64,000 bases of DNA from a virus (lineage: Duplodnaviria > Caudoviricetes), in IMG/VR virus record IMGVR_UViG_3300032007_004013, positions 20,020 to 84,019 of that record; one strand, given 5' to 3'. The notes below the pieces were generated by a model. The model was not told where the DNA came from. It saw only the letters and a program-made list of their open reading frames with translations, and did no database searches. Numbering within the stretch: position 1 is the first letter of the stretch; each line of letters starts with the position of its first letter. The translations under genes and the position numbers were made by a program. Shown piece by piece: positions 1 to 9,000 of this stretch.

Positions 1-127
1 TAAGCCGTCGATAGGGGATAATTCCTTATTCTGTTGTCTGATTCAGCAAATTGCAGGCAAGTAAACTTTTCGCATAAGCAAGCCGTTTTGTGACAGACAT
101 TTATGCAGTTGGCAACTTAACGGCAAG

Positions 128-2380
128 TTACGATGCCAAAGAACCGAACGTAGCAGGTCCTGCGATGCCATCGACAACAAGACCATTCTCGCCTTGGTAG
201 TCCTCTACTGCTTTCTCTGTAGCATTACCGAAGATTCCATCAAGACCTCCTGTATCATATCCATTACACATCAGGAAGCCTTGCAGCACCTTAACATAGT
301 TTCCTGATACTCCGTTGAATACGTTTCTGATCTCAGAGTTTGTCATTGGTCCGTAGATGCCGTCAACATCAAGTCCAGAGTCAAACTCTATGTTGAGTTC
401 TGTCTGAAGTGCCATAACGAGAGCTGCTTTAGTCTGAGAGCCGTACACGCCGTCAATGTAGATATCAAATCCGTAATGAGCGTTCAGCCAAGTCTGAACG
501 TCATTAACATTCCTGTCACCTATAGCCGCTTCTGTGACAGTAGCAGGAATGTCTTCGGATTCTCCATCTGCATACTTCGGACGGCAGCATGCTGAGATGT
601 CGGAACGATCTCGTGTCTTGATCTGGAAGTCGTCACACTCATAACCTCCGTTGTTAGCGCCAACGCTCAAGATGGTGTCATCAAACACCTTCAAGCAAAG
701 TTCTACGTGCTCAAAGCACTTATAACCGAGGCTGTCAAGAGGTTTCACGGAGGTATCGTCTCCGCTCCAAGAGAAGATAACCAAGTCGCCGGGTTTTACT
801 TCGTTCGCTTTATGAAGCTGTCCTGCATTATAGAAGTTCAGCGCAAGAGAGCCGCAATCAGCAGCCTTTCCACCGGGAATGAGGTCGAGGGCGTTAAGCA
901 CCTTTCCAAACAGATACATCATACCTGCACAGCAACAAGCGATGTTATTGATACGGGTGCTGAACGTACCATACCAAGCCATGATGTCGCACTCTTCAGG
1001 GTTTTCGTCTTTTCCGACGAGGTTTCTCGCAGCACTCATAGCCTGAGCTGCTGTAACGCCATTTGGTGCAGGAGCAGGAGGAGCAGTTCCTTTGCTTTTA
1101 TCGAAACCGTTGTAGCCGCCTTTTGTGATAATGCTGACATAATCACGGTAGCACATATCCTTGTCGATCACGCCGACGCCGGGTATGCTGTTGCTTTCAA
1201 GGATATTGGTCTCTCCTCCATACTGCCACATTGCGAGGTTATCGTAAGTGTAGCCGCATTTGCTCGCCCAATGAGCGAACCACATGTCGTTACCTTTCCA
1301 CACTTCTTCAGAGATAAGGTTTTCTATCTCCTCGAAGCCTGTGTACAAAAGCGGATAATATCCTGCTTCTGCGATACCTTTCAAGAAAATGCGGCAAACT
1401 TTGTCGATAGTCGAGAAGTTCCATCCGCCATGTCTTGCGTGATATCCGTCAGCGTCTTCCATGTCGAGAGCAACAGGAAGGGTAGGACGCTTGCCTTTGA
1501 GCAACCGCAGAACGTGTTCAAGCTCACTTCTTGCAGATGCTTCAGAACATGCGTAGGAGTAGAAGTAAGCGCCCCACGGCATACCAGCCGCTTCAGCTTT
1601 CCTTACGTTTTCCTCCCAATACGTATCGTCCTGTTCTGCGATGTTCTCTCCAAATCCGCACCGTATCATCACGAAGTCATATCCGGCAGCTTTGATTTTG
1701 GCGAAATCTACCTTTCCGTTGCACGAGGAGATGTCAACGCCTTTTTTACCTTTCAGGTTGATCGACGGGACGGTTGCATTGGTATCGGTTGTCTGCGTTT
1801 CATCTTTCGCAGGTTCCTGATTTTCGATTACAGCAGGCTTGTCTTTGCCGTTGGGATATATTTCGTGTTCGGTCGTCCCTGTGTATGAATAATAATCAGC
1901 AACAATAGCGTAGTTTCCGTGATCATCTACTGTACCTTCATCTCCATGCCAGAAACTGTTTTCCCAAACTCCATATCCACGCATATCGAAGTGCGTACCG
2001 TTCGGATTTCCGCCGCAGTTCAAGCCGATTCCCTTTATACCTATGTCCTGCAAATAGCAAGCTACGAGGCGAGAGGGGATAGGCTCTCCGTTACGGTAGT
2101 AGTACACATCAACTGCTATGCCGAGCGTATGCGGTCCGCTGCCGGAGCCTCTGACTTCGAGATCGAGAGCAGGCGTTCTGTAGCCGGAGCAGATGATTCC
2201 AAGTGTACACCCGAAGTGGGTGTACACCTTTTCCAGAATCTCCGTCAATTTGTCGTGGATAGGGAAGTCTGAGGGGTAATCTCCGTAGTAATCTGTTTGA
2301 GCTACAAATTCCTTTACCTGAAAGTGCTCGGAAAGAAACTTGTCTTTATCTCTTGCATAGTTATATGTCGTAATCGACAT
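128..2380 (-). CDS. Multi-domain endolysin: peptidase M15-like + GH25 muramidase + CHAP/NlpC-like + PG-binding domains
   Basis: SGYRT..HTLGIAVD..THFD (M15); GVDISSCNG..LPVALDME..WQY (GH25); CCAGMMY..HVEL (Cys/His); DGVYGSQT, DGIYGPMT, DGIFGNAT, DGIAGPAT (PG_binding_1); follows holin. Confidence 0.9.
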   Translation of the reverse strand: MSITTYNYARDKDKFLSEHFQVKEFVAQTDYYGDYPSDFPIHDKLTEILEKVYTHFGCTLGIICSGYRTPALDLEVRGSGSGPHTLGIAVDVYYYRNGEPIPSRLVACYLQDIGIKGIGLNCGGNPNGTHFDMRGYGVWENSFWHGDEGTVDDHGNYAIVADYYSYTGTTEHEIYPNGKDKPAVIENQEPAKDETQTTDTNATVPSINLKGKKGVDISSCNGKVDFAKIKAAGYDFVMIRCGFGENIAEQDDTYWEENVRKAEAAGMPWGAYFYSYACSEASARSELEHVLRLLKGKRPTLPVALDMEDADGYHARHGGWNFSTIDKVCRIFLKGIAEAGYYPLLYTGFEEIENLISEEVWKGNDMWFAHWASKCGYTYDNLAMWQYGGETNILESNSIPGVGVIDKDMCYRDYVSIITKGGYNGFDKSKGTAPPAPAPNGVTAAQAMSAARNLVGKDENPEECDIMAWYGTFSTRINNIACCCAGMMYLFGKVLNALDLIPGGKAADCGSLALNFYNAGQLHKANEVKPGDLVIFSWSGDDTSVKPLDSLGYKCFEHVELCLKVFDDTILSVGANNGGYECDDFQIKTRDRSDISACCRPKYADGESEDIPATVTEAAIGDRNVNDVQTWLNAHYGFDIYIDGVYGSQTKAALVMALQTELNIEFDSGLDVDGIYGPMTNSEIRNVFNGVSGNYVKVLQGFLMCNGYDTGGLDGIFGNATEKAVEDYQGENGLVVDGIAGPATFGSLAS

Positions 2381-2391
2381 CGAGGGTTCAC

Positions 2392-2688
2392 CTACTCTCT
2401 GTAATGCTTGCCATTTATCAATTCATTGCTGTCATCATTAGGTTTATCGTAGGTGAGCGCTCTCTCGCTGTCGCTGAATCCTTTTGTCGTGTGGTCTGTC
2501 ACAATGCCGATTGCGGCGAGGATAGCGAAAACAACATCGACAATGCCGATAATCTTGTTTCCTGTCTCACCGAGATCAACAGTGAATCCGAACAAACCAG
2601 CAACAAGCTGAATCAGCAAAACGATCAAGGGAATAATCGTCACCCAAAACGTCTTGCTCATAAGACGTACTTTCCAATTCACATTCAT
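2392..2688 (-). CDS. Holin (phi LC3-like)
   Basis: MNVNWKVRLMSKTFW start, two TM helices, GIVTDHTTKGFSDS motif, directly upstream of endolysin. Confidence 0.9.
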   Translation of the reverse strand: MNVNWKVRLMSKTFWVTIIPLIVLLIQLVAGLFGFTVDLGETGNKIIGIVDVVFAILAAIGIVTDHTTKGFSDSERALTYDKPNDDSNELINGKHYRE

Positions 2689-2708
2689 AACGCTTCATCC
2701 TTTCTTTT

Positions 2709-3014
2709 CTACATCGTGTTGATTTTGTCCTCCAAGCCATCAATACGGTGGTGTGCTGACTTAGCTGACTCTTCTACAGTCGTAAGGCGCGAGATAACCT
2801 CTATGTGATGTTCCTCCTGCCTTTCCTGCTTTCGCTTGATATCATCGACGCCGGATTTGATGTAACCAATTTCGGTCATCATCATTCCATTTTCCTTGCC
2901 CTTCGATTCATTGTCGGTCTTGTTGTTCCTCTTATAGGCAATCACAGCGAATATGATACCGCTAACAGTTCCTACAATACCGATGATGTATGCGAGGACT
3001 TCTTGTGTAACCAT
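2709..3014 (-). CDS. Lysis-cassette membrane protein (N-terminal TM + coiled coil, XhlA-like)
   Basis: N-terminal TM, C-terminal VEESAKSAHHRIDGLE motif typical of this position. Confidence 0.75.
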   Translation of the reverse strand: MVTQEVLAYIIGIVGTVSGIIFAVIAYKRNNKTDNESKGKENGMMMTEIGYIKSGVDDIKRKQERQEEHHIEVISRLTTVEESAKSAHHRIDGLEDKINTM

Positions 3015-3053
3015 TTCTAATCACTCCTAACAAATTACTGATTGGTAATAGGC

Positions 3054-3138
3054 TTTATTGCCCTCTGTTATTCTCAGAAATTGCGTGTGTGGTGTTTTTT
3101 ACGACGTAAGTGAGAATTTATATTATGAGGGCAATAAA
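3054..3138. repeat. Nested inverted repeat in lysis-cassette leader
   Basis: TTTATTGCCCTC (3054-3065) / GAGGGCAATAAA (3127-3138) perfect 12 bp; inner ATTCTCA (3070-3076) / TGAGAAT (3111-3117). Confidence 0.75.
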
Positions 3139-3182
3139 ACCGTTGTGAGCCGTTTTAAGGCTCTTTACCGTCAATGCCTTGT

Positions 3183-3383
3183 TTAGTTGTCTTCGGAAAA
3201 CGAGTAGCCTTCGCATTCAAGGATGTCAATTTCAGCTTTAGCAGTTTTTCTCATGCTTTCGAGTTCTTTTGTCACCTCGTCAGATACCTTCACCTGTTCG
3301 ATGATTTCTGCTTGTTTCCGGACAATTTCGGATAAGCTTCCCACAACCTGACAAAGACGGTCTGTGACTTCTAACAAAGTCAT
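3183..3383 (-). CDS. Small coiled-coil phage protein
   Basis: ORF 3183-3479; likely start MTLLEV at 3383 after GGCGGTG. Confidence 0.6.
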   Translation of the reverse strand: MTLLEVTDRLCQVVGSLSEIVRKQAEIIEQVKVSDEVTKELESMRKTAKAEIDILECEGYSFSEDN

Positions 3384-3396
3384 GACTGCACCGCCT

Positions 3397-3528
3397 TTAT
3401 TCGGTAATGAGTTCGTCAAGTCCACTCTCAATGAGAATCTCCTTGACCTGTTCCTTGAGCTTCGCAGGAACGTCGGCAAAGGTCTTTTTGCCGAGGATGA
3501 TTTTTTGCGCCCAAAGCATAGCCATCAT
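3397..3528 (-). CDS. Small tail-region protein (CD1375/XkdX-like)
   Basis: MMAMLWAQKIILGKKTFADVPAKLKEQVKEIL, a recurrent small protein after tail fibres; GGGGGTG RBS. Confidence 0.75.
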   Translation of the reverse strand: MMAMLWAQKIILGKKTFADVPAKLKEQVKEILIESGLDELITE

Positions 3529-3568
3529 ATCTACACCCCCTTTCCCAAATAGCAGTAATAAAATCAGC

Positions 3569-4060
3569 TTAGTCATCAGCATAGACAACCTCGCTCATTT
3601 CCAGCAAGCAATCCTCAAGAAACTCGATACGTTCGTCCTTTACGGCGCTTGACATCTCAAGCTCTGTAATGCGTTCATCTTTGGCTGTGCTCGATGCTTC
3701 AAGCTCAGTGATTCTGAAACGCATTTGCTCGATAGTCATTACCTGTGTTCCGCTATCTTCTTGCGGTTCATCTTGAGGTTCAGGCTCAGGCTCGTCAAGT
3801 TGGAGAACGAGCATTTCATAATCTGCTTCGGCGATCACCTTTGCGGTAACGCCTGTTTTTGTCGCTCCTTCCGGCATCTGGTTTCTTCCGTCAAGCTGAT
3901 AAATATGCTCTCCGTTTTTCGACACAATTCCTTGCGCTCTGAGCCTTGAGCAACTCTCAACAAGACGGTTCTTTTCCTGCCACCTGACAAAATCAGGAGT
4001 TTCGAGAGCTTCAACCGCTACGACAGTATCGCTGCCGTCAACTAACTTGATATAAACCAT
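3569..4060 (-). CDS. Hypothetical tail-associated protein
   Basis: 163-aa ORF, RBS GAGGAA, C-terminal coiled coil LEDCLLEMSEVVYA. Confidence 0.7.
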   Translation of the reverse strand: MVYIKLVDGSDTVVAVEALETPDFVRWQEKNRLVESCSRLRAQGIVSKNGEHIYQLDGRNQMPEGATKTGVTAKVIAEADYEMLVLQLDEPEPEPQDEPQEDSGTQVMTIEQMRFRITELEASSTAKDERITELEMSSAVKDERIEFLEDCLLEMSEVVYADD

Positions 4061-5192
4061 ACGATTCCTCTCTTTCCGCCTGACGTAGCAGGCTGTTGTA
4101 AAGTGCTGTCATATTATTGCGTGTATGCCACGCATTGAAGCGAAGCGAATAGCCGTACCAGCTTTGATAGGATTGGTAGATAGCGTGAAACGGAACAAGA
4201 CGGTTTCTCCACCGCTTAAAAAGCTTTTTCAACCTCTTCCGGCAGCGTTTAATACTCGCCTTGCATATTTTTCTGACAACCTTTCCGTTCTTCGTCAGAA
4301 AGAACCTAACTTTCAGCCAAGTAAATCCGTGACTAAGCTTCACAATCTGCGTTTTCTTCTTGTTGAGCTTTATGTCAAGGATTCTGCAAATCTCTGCTAT
4401 AGCTTTCTGAACTTTTATCAAACGCTGTTTAGATATGTCGGTCATTACACCGTCATCCATATATCTCTCGAACAGCTTGATAATCAACTTTTCTTTGATT
4501 TCGTGGTCGAGATCATTTGCCGAAGCAAGAGCGAGGATTTGACTGATCTGACTACCTAAGCCAAGACCAACCTCTCCGAACGCGTCGATAAAATGCGAAG
4601 TTAGCTTAAAGAGCCGTTCATCGGACAGTTCGTTCCGAATAATTCTCTTAACAAGCTTGTGCGATACGTTGTCGAAGAACTTCGAGAAGTCAAACAACAA
4701 AGCATATCCGCTGTTTCCGTACTTTCTGTAATGCCTTCTGAGTTGTTCTGTAACGCGCTTTATCGCAAAATCATAGCCTTTGTCTTTCATTGAAGCGCCG
4801 TTATCGTAGATAAACGTCCTACCGAGAGCAGGAACAAGGCAAAAGTCGCACAGACAACGCTGCACAACTCTCTCGTCAATAACAGTCGATCGAATATGCC
4901 TTTTCTTTCCTCTCTCGAATAGGTCAAATTCAAAGAATCCGGGACTTTTGTACTTTCCATTCCTGAGCTTCTTGAGCGTAGTGTACACGTTCAGCGAAGC
5001 GAACAGACAATACTTCTGAACGCTCGATTTCCACGTTACGTTTCTTCTGCATCTTTTGTAGGAAACGTAAAGGTGCTTGAACGTAAACACTTTGTCGAAA
5101 TCATCAACATTTTCAAGTGCTTTCTGCTTCTTTGCTATCCTTCTCTCTTTTCGGCGCTGGTATCGATTTTCTTTCCTATCTTCGCTTGTCAT
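4038..5192 (-). CDS. DGR reverse transcriptase
   Basis: RT motifs GKKRHI, FDFSKFFDNVSH, GLGLGSQISQ, RYMDD; start MTSEDRK at 5192 with AAAGGAG RBS; about 384 aa with no endonuclease domain; adjacent to TR. Confidence 0.95.
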   Translation of the reverse strand: MTSEDRKENRYQRRKERRIAKKQKALENVDDFDKVFTFKHLYVSYKRCRRNVTWKSSVQKYCLFASLNVYTTLKKLRNGKYKSPGFFEFDLFERGKKRHIRSTVIDERVVQRCLCDFCLVPALGRTFIYDNGASMKDKGYDFAIKRVTEQLRRHYRKYGNSGYALLFDFSKFFDNVSHKLVKRIIRNELSDERLFKLTSHFIDAFGEVGLGLGSQISQILALASANDLDHEIKEKLIIKLFERYMDDGVMTDISKQRLIKVQKAIAEICRILDIKLNKKKTQIVKLSHGFTWLKVRFFLTKNGKVVRKICKASIKRCRKRLKKLFKRWRNRLVPFHAIYQSYQSWYGYSLRFNAWHTRNNMTALYNSLLRQAEREESYGLYQVS

Positions 5193-5422
5193 ATAATCTC
5201 CTTTGCGAGCGTGTATGTCTGAGTTGAGGGTTGGTGTAGACACATAGCGATGCAGGGCATTAAACGCGGAATAACCCACAATCCGCGCAATGCAAGCAGC
5301 GTCCGCCCTGACGCATCACGTCGCTTATTCACCTTGCAGGCTTGCGCCTGCTCGGAAGGTCATGTTCTCCTTCTCTCCACTTGGTCTGATTTCCCTATTG
5401 GTACTCTGTCTGCCTTGAGAGG
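5193..5422 (-). ncRNA. DGR RNA 3' spacer between TR and RT, multi-stem
   Basis: Stems CGCGGA/TCCGCG (5265-5287), GCGTC/GACGC (5299-5314), AGCGA/TCGCT (5246-5325), GCAGG/CCTGC (5336-5351). Confidence 0.6.
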
Positions 5423-5550
5423 AGCCGAACGACACGCCATTCGAGTTGCTCGCGTTGTTGTTGTTCTCGTTGCCGTTGTTGTTGACATTCGCAAAGTTAG
5501 TGGTGTTGGACGACCACGGGGAGCGCAGCCACCAATTGTTGGCGGAACCG
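5423..5550 (-). repeat. DGR template repeat (TR)
   Basis: 128-nt ungapped match to 6107-6234; all 11 mismatches are at TR adenines (coding strand); 34 adenines, 15 AAC/AAT codons. Confidence 0.97.
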
Positions 5551-5604
5551 CAATGAGTCAACACGCAACTTAATAATCGTACAGAACATAACCTGTAATT
5601 TGCT

Positions 5605-6033
5605 TTATTTCTTATTTCCGAACAGTTTCTTGTATCTTGCCGAATCGCTTTTAAGTACACCTTTTATCAAGTCAAGCTCTTTTCTAACTACAGGCATCAG
5701 CTTCTCAATTTCGTCAAGGTTGATGTTGTCTTTCAGCGCAATGAGAACTTCAAGCTGCGCGACAAGAAAATACGCCTTTCCTCGTGCCGTGAGGAAATAA
5801 TCTCTGCGTCTTTGCGCTTCGTGCTGATTCGTGGGGTAAATCGAATTGCCCATTATCACATTCTCGAAAACATCTGTCGCGAGTTGCGATATTCTCTGAC
5901 CTTTGTAGAACGTGAGTTTCTTTGGGATATTCTCGTCCTTCTTGCAAAACCGAGTGACTTTCACATCAAGCTCAAGTGCTGTTCTGAGGAACTCTGTATC
6001 TGCTACTCCTCGTAGGTATAATGGAACTGACAT
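5605..6033 (-). CDS. avd: DGR accessory variability determinant (Avd-like four-helix bundle)
   Basis: 142-aa basic helical protein between VR and TR, the canonical avd position. Confidence 0.85.
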   Translation of the reverse strand: MSVPLYLRGVADTEFLRTALELDVKVTRFCKKDENIPKKLTFYKGQRISQLATDVFENVIMGNSIYPTNQHEAQRRRDYFLTARGKAYFLVAQLEVLIALKDNINLDEIEKLMPVVRKELDLIKGVLKSDSARYKKLFGNKK

Positions 6034-6051
6034 ATATTCTCCTTAAAAGCA

Positions 6052-6080
6052 ATATCTCGCTACACACGGTAGCGAGATAT
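6052..6080 (-). promoter_or_regulatory. DGR target-recognition hairpin/cruciform downstream of VR
   Basis: ATATCTCGCTAC (6052-6063) / GTAGCGAGATAT (6069-6080): perfect 12-bp stem, 5-nt loop, 12 nt after the target stop codon. Confidence 0.85.
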
Positions 6081-6092
6081 GAGATGGTAAGA

Positions 6093-9000
6093 TTAGGCAA
6101 GTGAGAAGCCGAACGACACGCCATACGAGTCGCTCGCGACGTTGCTGTACTCGTAGCCGTTGCTGGTGACAATCGCAAAGTTAGTGGTGTTGGACGACCA
6201 CGGGGAGCGCAGCCACCAATTGTCGGCGGAACCGGTGCCGTTGTAATACTTCTTGATTCTCGAATTATTGTCCGTGAATAAGGAACACTTCAAGTCCTCT
6301 GCTTCTGAATCAACCTCGTACATATACGGATTCTCAGCTGTTCTGAAGCCGACCTCTGCCATAGAACGGAGGTACAGCCAATCCTCTGAACTGATGATGT
6401 TAGCGGAAGTGTTACCTTGCGATGACAAGACAATAACCTTCGCGATCATCGTTTTCCAGTGTCTCGGCAATTCAGGGAAAGCGGTGTTGTTCAGCCAATT
6501 TCTCATAGCACAATCGCGCCAGCCGCCAACATTTGTGTTTCCGCTGTTCATCTGTCTTGTGGCGTTCATAATGCCGAGCATACCGAACGAAACAGGAGCG
6601 AAGTTTCCGCTGTTGTCAGCCAACTTGTAGTGGCTAAAGTGCTCTACGCGAAGTATGATTTCCGTGTCAGCAAACTTATTGGTCGAAACAAGAATTTTCA
6701 CCTTGTCACCTTTGCTGAAGAAGTCTTTGCACCTGTTCGCTTTGATGATTCCGTAGAACTCAGCAAGCGTATATGCGCTGTTGTCGTTCGGGTTGTCACT
6801 GAACAGGTAATCGTAGGACACAGGTACGGAGCTGGGAAGGGTAGGAGTGATATACTGAGCATGAATATCCATGTCACTTACGACGTTTACAGCTGCATTG
6901 TCGAATCCCATCCAGATTGTGCCTGCCGGACCTGAGAGATCATTTCCTTCGTAATCGCAGCTTCCGTGTGTTTCAACGTTGTGCGTTTCGAGGAGTGTCG
7001 AGCCGTCGTAATACCTGACTACAAATATTCTCGTGCTGCGGTTATAAGTAGCGGTCAACGTTGTGTTCGCGTTGATGTTTTCAAGCGAGCCGTTCCAACC
7101 TGTAAACGTGTACTGATAATCTACAGTAGGCGTTTTGGTCGGCGTTTGGATTGCGCCGGAAGCTACAGGATTGACAGCATTGTTTCCTGCTCTTACAGTT
7201 TCTGTGTAAAGAGTTGTGCCGTCATCATTAACGAACGTGACTGTATAAGTTTCGACTATCTGATCGTAGTCGAAGGTGAGGTAGGGGAAAGCTGCGATAA
7301 GCGTCCTGATTTCGTCCTCGGTAATCTTGTTGATATGAGCGTAACCGCTGAGGAAGAATGAGCCTGCTTCTTCAATCGGATTTCCTTCTGCGTCGATACC
7401 TTTCAAGGTTGCAAGACGAGTAAGCACGTCAGCGTCAGCAAACGACCAATTCACATTTGTGATTCGTCCTCTAATGAGGTTGGGCGCGTTAGCTACAAGC
7501 GTATCAGAAGGAACGCCGGGGCTGTCTTCTACCAAAATCGTTGTCAAGCTGTTTCCTGCACACGAGAAATTCGCTGACGTAAGGTTAGGAAGATTTCTTG
7601 CGTGAAGCGTTCTGACATTCGTTCCGAGAATCGCTTTCCTCAAGATCTTGCTTTGCGGCAGATAAACGTCTGTAGTGCCTGTTCCTGCAATCATCACTTC
7701 TTCAAGAAGGTTGCAGCGTGTCAGATTGAGCGCGCCTGAGATGCCACTTTGTCCTCTAAGGTCAATGACTCTCAAAAGAGGAACATTAGGCTTATCTGCC
7801 GGGTTTAGTGCAAGGCTTTTGAGGTTGCTTGAACTGTAGGTTTCTCCGCCGAGCAGAAGATCGCGCAGCTTTTCGCCGTTAGTGATATTGACCTGACCGG
7901 GATAGAGGTTGGCTGCTCCTCCAACGTGCATAAGATTTCTGCCGTTGAACAGCTGAACATTGACCTCACCTGCTGACAAGACAAACGGATCTCCGTTACC
8001 GTCAAGGCACTGGACAATAGCGGTTTCGCCCTTTGTCATTCTTCTGCTTCCTGCCGGAGTGTTATCTCTGAGGAATCCGACGTACATATCGCTGTATGGC
8101 GTAAGTTCGAGTGCTGACGAGAAGTTTGCTCCGGGCATCGCCTGATATGTAATCAGATCGCTTTTCGCTTTGGCACTGACATATTTGGAGGATATGAACA
8201 GCTCTCTGTATGTGATAAACTGTTCACGCTGAGGTCTTTTCTCACCGTGCTCCATGTTCTCCATCCAGCTTGTGTTTCCTGCGTTTTCGATCGGCGCGTC
8301 GTACTTGCCTGCGTAGTCTTCGATAACGAGAGCTTCAGGGCGCTGGCGCTGATATTCGTCGAAGAACTCAATCAAAGTTTCTGCATCAAACAGTTTGCGG
8401 TTTTCGTAAACGCTGTACGCAACTGCAAGCTCGTTCTGGAAGCAATCTCTTACGTTGCAGAACAGTACACTTTCCGCCGCGTTGAAGTACGGGTGCGTGT
8501 TGCCGTCTTCTTCGTCAGTGTAGCCGTCTGTATCTTCGATGCTGTAGGCTTCACCCCATCTGAACTGTCCTTTGTTGTCAATACCGAGAATTGTATCTCC
8601 GTCGTAATACTTGCTCAGGTTCCAACGCCATACATCGTTTTCGTCAGGCTCGTAGGAAAGGAACATGTTTTTCGCTCTCTGATCTACGCCGAGGAAGAAC
8701 TCAGTGAACAGGTAGTAGTACAGCAGATTATCGAGATTGAAGTAGTCGCCCACCTCTCTCTTGAACTTCGCTCTGCGGTATGCAGCTGTATCTCTGACGT
8801 GGATATCAAATCTGTCGCTGACATCGAGCGTTTCGTTTGTTGCCTGTTCGGGGTCAGTTGAGTTCACCCAATGGTGCATTTCAATGAAGCGGTCCTTCAT
8901 GGCCTGAGTGCCTTCGCCATCAGGGTATCTGAACTCAAAATGAGAGGGAAGATCGGTTCCATCTTCCTTCCAACCTTCGTTCTCGAAATCGCTCGTCTTA

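Noticed and set aside
1-127. Left prophage boundary/att site
   Set aside because: No queA-like remnant or GC shift is visible; the boundary probably lies outside the window
707-1888. 393-aa plus-strand ORF, and similar long antisense ORFs over the tail fibre, TMP, MCP and queA (for example 8247-8861, 25111-25902, 63107-63751)
   Set aside because: Antisense shadows of well-supported genes caused by codon bias; no RBS or motifs
3146-3156. GTGAGCCGTT copy matching the TMP-leader repeat
   Set aside because: Single copy and in the opposite orientation relative to the transcript; probably chance
4038-5192. RT as group II intron, retron or Abi RT
   Set aside because: Short (about 384 aa), no maturase/endonuclease domain, and TR/VR plus avd make the DGR assignment clear
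5450-5490. (GTT)n run looking like a microsatellite or CRISPR-like repeat
   Set aside because: These are the AAC codons of the DGR template; no spacers or cas genes are present
5325-5660. 111-aa Asn-rich ORF over the TR
   Set aside because: It is the TR read in the VR frame, overlaps the avd end and has no convincing RBS; the TR functions as RNA
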